Source of the DNA: an uncultured virus (IMG/VR IMGVR_UViG_3300027801_001720) | Taxonomy: Duplodnaviria > Heunggongvirae > Uroviricota > Caudoviricetes | Virus record (IMG/VR): IMGVR_UViG_3300027801_001720 | Direction: 5' to 3' (one strand) | DNA length: 64,000 bases | Shown here: in pieces, positions 57,478 to 64,000 of the stretch | How positions within the stretch are numbered: the stretch's first letter is position 1 | Layout of the letters: each line of letters starts with the position of its first letter | Translations under genes and position numbers: made by a program | Notes under the pieces: model-generated | Database searches by the model: none | What the model saw: only the letters and a program-made list of their open reading frames with translations | Told to the model about the DNA's origin: nothing

Positions 57478-58142
57478 ATATTTGCGTCCTTACATGTTTG
57501 TTTTATTTGTTTTACTTCTTCTTTACTTGCTTGGAACAGTTTCATCCAAAATGGAGGATCAATCATATCCTCAATTAATTTTACTTGCTCATCATTAAAT
57601 CGTTCTAATAAGTTATTGCCTGTGCTACTTAAATAAATTACCCAAGGACTAACTTTAGCCGATCTAATATCATGTACTGCTCTACTAGGACTTACTGTTG
57701 TAAAATAGTCTTGCCATTTCTCTCCAGTATCCTCACTCCATTTAGCCAAGTACACAATAGTTCTTTCTAATGCTCTAAGACCTGGTTCTTTTCTACAGTA
57801 CTCTTTGACAAACTTGTCGTATTGCCTGTCTGATGTCCACTGTTTTAATTTAATACCATTCTTAATTAGCCATTCTGTAAACTTTTCTGGTTCTAACCAT
57901 TCATTTACTGTACAACTTCTACCAAACTTTACAAATCCTTCATAGTACTGACTCATAATAAAGTCTTCAATACTTTTAGGTTTTGTTGCACTAGTATTCA
58001 TATCATAAAACATTTGAAATGCTCTGTGTCCTAAACGTATATGGCTCATGTCTTTGTCTGCCCAACGTCTTTTCTTTACACACATATGGGCCGAAAGAGT
58101 AGATTCATTGCGAAACTCTTTTTTGCACCATTTACATTTCAT
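57474..58142 (-). CDS. conserved jumbo-phage protein with N-terminal zinc finger
   Basis: CKWC...HMC. Confidence 0.65.
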   Translation of the reverse strand: MKCKWCKKEFRNESTLSAHMCVKKRRWADKDMSHIRLGHRAFQMFYDMNTSATKPKSIEDFIMSQYYEGFVKFGRSCTVNEWLEPEKFTEWLIKNGIKLKQWTSDRQYDKFVKEYCRKEPGLRALERTIVYLAKWSEDTGEKWQDYFTTVSPSRAVHDIRSAKVSPWVIYLSSTGNNLLERFNDEQVKLIEDMIDPPFWMKLFQASKEEVKQIKQTCKDANI

Positions 58143-58606
58143 TTAAGTATCTCTTTTATTTCTTTGTCTGTGTAAGCATGAGCTTGAAAAAATTGTTTAA
58201 GTTCATCTTTGTCATTTATACTTAACAATAAGTCTATTTCATCTTGTCTAATATGTGGATATATATTAGCAATAGCATCTGACACTTTGTTTTTCTTTCT
58301 TTTACTGTTAGGTGGCTTTATGTAAGGGTGATGTTGTACCTTACCACTGCCTGCCGCTGTTAATAACAACCACTGTAACTCAGGGTGTTTACTTATATCA
58401 CTAAACTTGTGGTTAACTAATTCATTCACCATCCAGATATAGTTTGGTGCTTCACCGCCTTGTACACTACTAGCATACCGCATCATCATCCAGGCACTAA
58501 AAGCCTTCTTTTGTTCAGCAGTAAGATTGTTATACCAGCCACGGTCTTTTTTATCTATGGCTTTCATAACTTCTTGTAATGGTATTTGCGGTTTTTTAGT
58601 CGCCAT
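58139..58606 (-). CDS. putative clamp-loader small subunit (T4 gp62-like)
   Basis: FSAWMMMRY, VNELVN, HPELQWLL, H.YIK. Confidence 0.6.
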   Translation of the reverse strand: MATKKPQIPLQEVMKAIDKKDRGWYNNLTAEQKKAFSAWMMMRYASSVQGGEAPNYIWMVNELVNHKFSDISKHPELQWLLLTAAGSGKVQHHPYIKPPNSKRKKNKVSDAIANIYPHIRQDEIDLLLSINDKDELKQFFQAHAYTDKEIKEILK

Positions 58607-58733
58607 TTTTGTTCTCTTGATTTTTAATAAATTCTGCTACCTTTTTACTTTGCTCAGCTATCTTTTTTGCTTGATCCTTAATTTGCTTTTCTTCAAACTT
58701 TAACTTATGCTCTTGTTCAGTTTGCTTGTTCAT
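58596..58733 (-). CDS. 45-aa coiled-coil peptide, not in ORF track
   Basis: MNKQTEQEHKLKFEEKQIKDQAKKIAEQ...; GAGGA SD; fills the gap. Confidence 0.5.
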   Translation of the reverse strand: MNKQTEQEHKLKFEEKQIKDQAKKIAEQSKKVAEFIKNQENKNGD

Positions 58734-59292
58734 TACGATCCTCTTTTAATTTTTTTATGTAGTCTTGATATATCTTAATATAATGCACTTGACCATCTGC
58801 TACAGTTGTTTTCCAATCATCCTTTGCATTTTCGTCTGCACTATCACTGATGTATTTAAAACATTTAAAGTTTACAAATGATTGTTTACATGCTTTTGCT
58901 ATTGCATAGGCTTCCATGTCAACAACGTCTGCTATTAATTGTTCGTTTGTGTAGTCACTTACAAAATTATCTCCTGTACTGCAACACATATCTGCTATAT
59001 CACCATTCAGTAAAACTACGCCATCTTCAAATGGTGTTTGCCCAGTTTCAAATCCTAATTCAGTACACATTATATCACGTTGTACAAAGTTTTTAATTTC
59101 ATGTATGCCATTTGATACACTTACACCACCTGCTGTACCAAAGTTAAATACAGTTTCTGGATCATAACGTTCTATTAGTTTGCCGGCAGTAATACCTGCA
59201 TTTACTTTTCCAACGCCTGTAAAAAATACATTAACCCAACTAGCCATTCTTGGTGCTTCTTCTTCTAATGCAATTAAAATGATATCACGCAT
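58717..59292 (-). CDS. mtnN: 5'-methylthioadenosine/S-adenosylhomocysteine nucleosidase
   Basis: TGVGKVNA, NFGTAGG, TGDNFV, VDMEAYAIA, KYISDSAD. Confidence 0.85.
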   Translation of the reverse strand: MRDIILIALEEEAPRMASWVNVFFTGVGKVNAGITAGKLIERYDPETVFNFGTAGGVSVSNGIHEIKNFVQRDIMCTELGFETGQTPFEDGVVLLNGDIADMCCSTGDNFVSDYTNEQLIADVVDMEAYAIAKACKQSFVNFKCFKYISDSADENAKDDWKTTVADGQVHYIKIYQDYIKKLKEDRNEQAN

Positions 59293-59815
59293 CGTATTCT
59301 ACCACACTATAAGTTTCCATATTACAATAATCTCTAAGTTTAGCAGTTCCTTGAAGGAAAGTCAAGTCAATAACACAGGCATAACACATTTTTGCTACTT
59401 GAAAGTTCTGTAATAGCTCGTATATAGCACTTGCTGTTCCACCGGTAGCACTAACATCGTCTATAATACAAACGTTGCTGTTAGGCCCTAATTTTGAGTC
59501 TGTTCGTATGTTTAAAGAGGTTGTATCATACTCATAAGTAAACTCATGTGTATAAGTGGGCGGTGGTAACTTGCCTGGCTTACGAACAATGTGTAAAGGG
59601 ATACCTAATGCTAATGCCACTGGAGCACCCCATATAAACCCACGAGCATCCGGAGCCACAATATCTGTTGCTTTGATACTTCTGCAATATGCAACTATCT
59701 TATCTACCGTGTATTGAAATGCTTTTGGATTCTGTAATATACTAGTAATATCCTTGTACTGTATTCCTTCAACAGGAAAGTCAGGTACTGTAGTTATTAT
59801 CTTTTTAAGATTCAT
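59285..59815 (-). CDS. apt: adenine phosphoribosyltransferase
   Basis: PDFPVEGIQYKDIT, ARGF, RKPGKLP, IIDDVSATGGT. Confidence 0.93.
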   Translation of the reverse strand: MNLKKIITTVPDFPVEGIQYKDITSILQNPKAFQYTVDKIVAYCRSIKATDIVAPDARGFIWGAPVALALGIPLHIVRKPGKLPPPTYTHEFTYEYDTTSLNIRTDSKLGPNSNVCIIDDVSATGGTASAIYELLQNFQVAKMCYACVIDLTFLQGTAKLRDYCNMETYSVVEYDA

Positions 59816-60557
59816 TCTCGGCTTCCCACTCTAAGTTATCATCGTAGTCTTCCCATTCTGCAGATAAGTCTGCTCCTTCTGGATCAACATACTCGTCTCT
59901 CCATTTATCTGTAATCCAACCAACCGCGGCATAGTAGGCTTTGCCCATTGTGTCATTGTAATCCATATTACATTCTATTAGTTGTTTGTTGTACCAAACA
60001 TCTTCAACAAATTCACCTAGGTGTGTTTCGCAAACACTAAAAACAAACTTCTTAGAGTCGAAAGGTTCATCAGTTTCTATAAACCAACTTCCAAAGCCAC
60101 CTTTTTCTCCACTGTGGAATAATAATACCGGCGTACAAGGAGTAGGGTCATCTTCTCCTACACTAAGTTCTGTACTAATATACGCACCTTCTCTACCTTT
60201 AAGAGTATAAGGATCTTTAACTTCAAATTCATTTTCATCATACGCAAATTCATCATCATTTCCAGTAACATCAGAAACCATAAATGTTCCGTCTGAGTAC
60301 ATTGAATTAAGATGCTCTATGTCATCTATTTCATACCATGCTTCTGCATCATTTCCTATGTTTGGTGAATCAGCATCTAATCCTTCATCGATATCATCGC
60401 CAAACGAATCTAACGCACAGACGTGTTCTATCAGACGACTATCACCTTCTTCTTCTACTATTGGTGCCCAGTAGTTAACGAATTCTTCACTTACAGTACC
60501 GACTGTACATTCGCCTCCGTATCTTCCACCATCTACTCTATACTTATATTTTGCCAT
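59805..60557 (-). CDS. acidic hypothetical protein
   Basis: ORF track; GGAG SD. Confidence 0.7.
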   Translation of the reverse strand: MAKYKYRVDGGRYGGECTVGTVSEEFVNYWAPIVEEEGDSRLIEHVCALDSFGDDIDEGLDADSPNIGNDAEAWYEIDDIEHLNSMYSDGTFMVSDVTGNDDEFAYDENEFEVKDPYTLKGREGAYISTELSVGEDDPTPCTPVLLFHSGEKGGFGSWFIETDEPFDSKKFVFSVCETHLGEFVEDVWYNKQLIECNMDYNDTMGKAYYAAVGWITDKWRDEYVDPEGADLSAEWEDYDDNLEWEAENES

Positions 60558-60571
60558 TTTTTTTCTCCAGT

Positions 60572-61075
60572 TTAATCTAACAACATTCCAATATCAATCT
60601 CTTGTGGTATTTTGTTTGCTTCTTTAACAAACATTGCACACGCAGGATTGCTCTTGTTCTCTAAAGGTGCTAACAGCATGTGTCCATTTTTTAATTTTGG
60701 AAAGAACCATTTGACGTCTTGAAAGATATTTGTAATCTTTACTTCATGACATTCTAATAACTTTCCACTTAATGGATTTAATGTTGCTGTTAAAAACCCT
60801 CTATTATTTAAACTGGTTAACGGCAATACTTCTATGCCTGTTAAATCTTCATCTGTTATAACAATACTCCAGTCCATAGGCATTTGAATATTGTACTCAC
60901 CTATTTGTAAACATATTGCAGGAGCATAAAAACTCTCTAAAAATATTAAAGGTAAAAAATAGTAATCCATCCACTCCGGATCACTGGTGTCAAATACACC
61001 AAATCGGATATCATCTATCTCATCTGGCACGTTATCTATTTCATATACTGTATTATCTACTGTTAAAATTTTCAT
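60572..61075 (-). CDS. conserved hypothetical protein downstream of the UvsW-like helicase
   Basis: PLIFLESF, MPMDW, VKWFFPKLK. Confidence 0.7.
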   Translation of the reverse strand: MKILTVDNTVYEIDNVPDEIDDIRFGVFDTSDPEWMDYYFLPLIFLESFYAPAICLQIGEYNIQMPMDWSIVITDEDLTGIEVLPLTSLNNRGFLTATLNPLSGKLLECHEVKITNIFQDVKWFFPKLKNGHMLLAPLENKSNPACAMFVKEANKIPQEIDIGMLLD

Positions 61076-62529
61076 TTATACTCCACTTTGGTTACTTGAA
61101 AAGGGAATCCTTGTTCTTTATAGAATGCTTTTCTTTTAGTTAAATGCCGTTTACTGTATTTTAAATTACTTGTGATATCGACCACATTCAAATAATCCTT
61201 GTCTTCTGCTTTACGGATTCCTCTTCCGATACTTTGTATAACCCTTACAAAACTTTTACCTGGCTCTAACAGAACTAAGTTAAAAATTCTAGGAATATTA
61301 ATACCGACCGCCGCAACACCGTATGTTGCAACTATAACTTTATTGTCCATCTCAGATACTTGGGCATACTCAGCCTGCCTATCTTTGACTTTCATATCAC
61401 CACTAATAAAAACCCAATCCGGATTCTTTTCTATTAGCAGTTCACCTGTTGCTATCCTATCTATAAGAACAAGTGTATTACCAGATCCACTTAACCCTGC
61501 TATTATATCACTTATGTGAGTAACTCTGGGGTCATCTGTAACTAGCCATTTTAATTCTTGTGCATAGTTATTAAACCCTAACACTCCGTCTTGTAGTTGG
61601 AATATGTTAATGTCTAAATTTGCTAACACGCCTCTGTCTTGTAATTCTTTACTGCTTAGGTTTCCTGTAACAGGTCCCAAACTACATACACAACCTACTG
61701 CTTCATATTCATCTTTAGGTATTGTACCTGTTAGTCCCCAACGAATAGGAACATTAGCAAACACTCCGCCTAACAAGTTTCTTAAAACATCTGCTTTTGC
61801 TTTATGGACTTCATCGACCATAATACAAACAACGCCTTCTAAGAAGTCCTCTATAGGAAAATCTGCTTCATACTTTTTACTTTTCTTTTCCAATACTGCT
61901 AGACTTTGCCAAGTACAAATAGTGTGCGTTTTGTCGTACTGCTTTCTATCTCCAAACAACACACCTACATCAAGTCCTAAGTTCTTATAATCACGCTCTG
62001 TTTGTACAACCAAGTCTTTGTTAGGAACAATTACTATACTACGCCCATATGGTTCACACATATTGCTTAAGGCGGCTGTTATAAGCGTCTTACCGGCGCC
62101 TGTAGCCACTTCTTGCAAACTTTGTGGATTTGCTAAAAACTCATTTATAACTTCAACTTGATAATCTCTAAGTATAACAGGTTCACCTTCTGCAGGATGA
62201 CCTTTGGGCCATGCTGTATCTTCATACATTGTATCAACAATAGGCTCGAAAGAAAACTTCCATTCTGCTCGTTGGTCTTGAATCTCTATTTCATAACCGT
62301 CTGCTTGAACTATTGGAAGTAATCTATCTAACATGTTCATATAAGTTCTGCCGCCAATATCACAATACCTCACACAACCATCCCACCTGCCTAACTTGTA
62401 AGCCGGCATATGATATGCATAAGGTAAAAAATACTTTGCTTCGTCTGAAATCTTACGTCTTGTACTTGGTGATAAACCAACGAACTTAACGTTCACTTCA
62501 TCTCTTATTTCTAAAACACATTTTGCCAT
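61072..62529 (-). CDS. uvsW: SF2 DNA helicase (UvsW-like)
   Basis: GRWDG, LRDYQ, ATGAGKT, DEVH, GLTGT, QSIGRGIR. Confidence 0.9.
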   Translation of the reverse strand: MAKCVLEIRDEVNVKFVGLSPSTRRKISDEAKYFLPYAYHMPAYKLGRWDGCVRYCDIGGRTYMNMLDRLLPIVQADGYEIEIQDQRAEWKFSFEPIVDTMYEDTAWPKGHPAEGEPVILRDYQVEVINEFLANPQSLQEVATGAGKTLITAALSNMCEPYGRSIVIVPNKDLVVQTERDYKNLGLDVGVLFGDRKQYDKTHTICTWQSLAVLEKKSKKYEADFPIEDFLEGVVCIMVDEVHKAKADVLRNLLGGVFANVPIRWGLTGTIPKDEYEAVGCVCSLGPVTGNLSSKELQDRGVLANLDINIFQLQDGVLGFNNYAQELKWLVTDDPRVTHISDIIAGLSGSGNTLVLIDRIATGELLIEKNPDWVFISGDMKVKDRQAEYAQVSEMDNKVIVATYGVAAVGINIPRIFNLVLLEPGKSFVRVIQSIGRGIRKAEDKDYLNVVDITSNLKYSKRHLTKRKAFYKEQGFPFQVTKVEYK

Positions 62530-62534
62530 AAGTT

Positions 62535-62564
62535 ATTATACTACCATTTCCTATTGATTGTCAA
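62535..62564 (-). promoter_or_regulatory. sigma70-type promoter, 5 nt before the uvsW ATG
   Basis: TTGACA-N18-TATAAT-N5-ATG. Confidence 0.55.
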
Positions 62565-64000
62565 CTGAAATTCTCTACCTTGACTAGAATAGCCTGGCAG
62601 GACCTCTACTTCTTCGTCTAACACGTTCTTGACATTAAGTGATAGTTGTACCATGTCATTGAATGTCTTAGTGTAGCCGAAGTTTAATTTTTCTAAGTCT
62701 TCTAACTCTGCACCGTCATATGGTCCAGGCTTTCTATCGTATGTACCTGTGTAAGAAGCATTAACATTATGTGTACCAAAGTCTTGGTCATAACTTAATA
62801 CTGCAACATACTTAGGTACTCGTGCTTGTATGGTGTCTGTTGCTTTAAGCATTATACCAAAGTTGCCAAACGTCTGTGCATACCTAATACCTTTTGTGCT
62901 GTATGCACCTGTATTATAATACTTTGCATTAGTCCAAGTAGAAGTCGGTTCTTCGCCTTCAGCAATTATGTCTGGAGTTGAAAAGCCTGACATGTACTCA
63001 ATGGATTCTTCAAAGTCGTATACAAATATACTTAATACCCCAAATCCTAGTTCATAGCCTACTGCTTCTTCTGGACCCAAGTCTAGATTAGCATCTACAT
63101 AACTATCGCCATATAGTTCATATAAGTTAGGTCGTCTGTAACTTGTACCAACGTTAAAAAATAATGGTCCTTTTTCTACACCAAATCTCATAGCATCTTG
63201 ACCTTCGTTACCTCGTCTAAAACCAAAGTTATAGTTTAAGGCAAACTCGGCATTAATGTTTAAGTAAGCACCATAGTTATCTCTCTTATGTTGATTATAC
63301 TTTTCTTGACTAGCATCAACACCATAAGAAACTTGAAGTTTCTGCGATAGGTTTGTTTGGTCGCCAAGTCTCATATAGTCTGTACTACTTTCATTTTCGT
63401 AAGACATGTAATCGGCTGTGAAGTAATCTGACTGCTGATACGTTCTTCCTAATGTTAAGTACTCGTTATTAATTGCAACATTATACTTCTCGCCTTCTTG
63501 TACACAATCATTGGACTGTGAAAAGTCTGCTGTATAGCAGTTGTCGTATTCATATGAAAAGTCTGTGAGCTTTGCTGTAATAGTAAAGTCCTGAACATCC
63601 ACATTAAGTTTAACATTCTTATTTGAGTACTCATCTTTTTCTGTGTTATCGTTTCTTACTTGATTGTTCACACCTAATTCTGTGTACTGTATCCATGTTG
63701 TTGGTGCTAAGTTTAAATACCTATATCCGTTATTACCTGCTCCGGCTGTAATTCCTTTGTTAATAGTATCTTTAATAAGTACTGTTCCAGCAATACTGCC
63801 TGAACCATATACAACACTATTTGCACCAGTGATTATTTTAACAGTCTCACCTGTTATAATATCTGCACCAAAGTTATACCATGCTGACCCGGGCTCATTT
63901 GCTGGTATACCATTTCGGTAAACTGATGTATGTATTGTTTGAGCACCACGCTCGTTGTAACCTTGGAATGCTCCATAGCCGCCGGCGGTCCATGTGTGCA
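62541..64000 (-). CDS. TonB-dependent outer-membrane receptor (BtuB-like), 5' end beyond the window
   Basis: Frame stays open from 63998: ERGA..HTSVYRNGIPAN...VKIITGANSVVYGSGSIAG (plug domain); YRRPNLYELY, NVKNVLD, GREF, terminal W. Confidence 0.85.
   Translation of the reverse strand, partial: HTWTAGGYGAFQGYNERGAQTIHTSVYRNGIPANEPGSAWYNFGADIITGETVKIITGANSVVYGSGSIAGTVLIKDTINKGITAGAGNNGYRYLNLAPTTWIQYTELGVNNQVRNDNTEKDEYSNKNVKLNVDVQDFTITAKLTDFSYEYDNCYTADFSQSNDCVQEGEKYNVAINNEYLTLGRTYQQSDYFTADYMSYENESSTDYMRLGDQTNLSQKLQVSYGVDASQEKYNQHKRDNYGAYLNINAEFALNYNFGFRRGNEGQDAMRFGVEKGPLFFNVGTSYRRPNLYELYGDSYVDANLDLGPEEAVGYELGFGVLSIFVYDFEESIEYMSGFSTPDIIAEGEEPTSTWTNAKYYNTGAYSTKGIRYAQTFGNFGIMLKATDTIQARVPKYVAVLSYDQDFGTHNVNASYTGTYDRKPGPYDGAELEDLEKLNFGYTKTFNDMVQLSLNVKNVLDEEVEVLPGYSSQGREFQLTINRKW

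Noticed and set aside
44019..62543. Stop-codon reassignment (TAG or TGA read-through)
   Set aside because: Conserved genes are intact in the standard code, and TAG ends genes at natural termini (e.g. after the terminal Trp of the TonB receptor at 62541)
1053..63921. Many antisense or alternate-frame ORFs in the track (e.g. 1053..1580, 31982..32407, 38752..39249, 41284..41784, 48783..49370, 63664..63921)
   Set aside because: Fully overlap well-supported genes; S/L/F-rich shadow composition; no SD or promoter
1..64000. CRISPR array, IS/transposase, integrase, rRNA, reverse transcriptase/DGR
   Set aside because: No regularly spaced repeats or recognisable motifs seen; intergenic gaps are too short

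Overview
AT-rich, gene-dense 64-kb segment of a large (probably jumbo) T4-superfamily-like myophage. The host is probably a marine Gram-negative bacterium; this is inferred from gene content. The first ~4.5 kb are coded on +, and almost everything else on -. Replication and nucleotide genes: gp41-like helicase, gp61-like primase, a 192-aa DnaE-like core, clamp-loader small subunit, UvsW-like helicase, PD-(D/E)XK exonuclease, nrdAB, thyX, glyA, apt, mtnN. Virion-related genes: PAAR, a tail-fibre-like protein, a block of putative head-internal proteins, and a 2228-aa amidoligase+nuclease protein. A large accessory set covers Fe/2OG oxygenases, methyl- and glycosyltransferases, 2 radical SAM enzymes, 2 desaturases, a GH6 glycosidase, peptide deformylase, a TonB-dependent receptor and a DUF6580-like membrane protein. 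There are also tRNA-Thr(UGU) and tRNA-Glu(UUC). Read directly from the sequence: (i) a ~127-nt highly structured RNA candidate between a perfect sigma70 promoter and the tRNAs; (ii) two promoter classes, with a T4-late-like ATAAATA box sitting 5-6 nt before the ATG at 11 genes, implying leaderless mRNAs; (iii) a shared N-terminal capsid-targeting-like peptide on ~9 proteins, several of them enzymes; (iv) a translationally coupled six-gene operon with two desaturases and two apparent pseudo-enzymes. Family names come from motif recognition only; no database searches were run.
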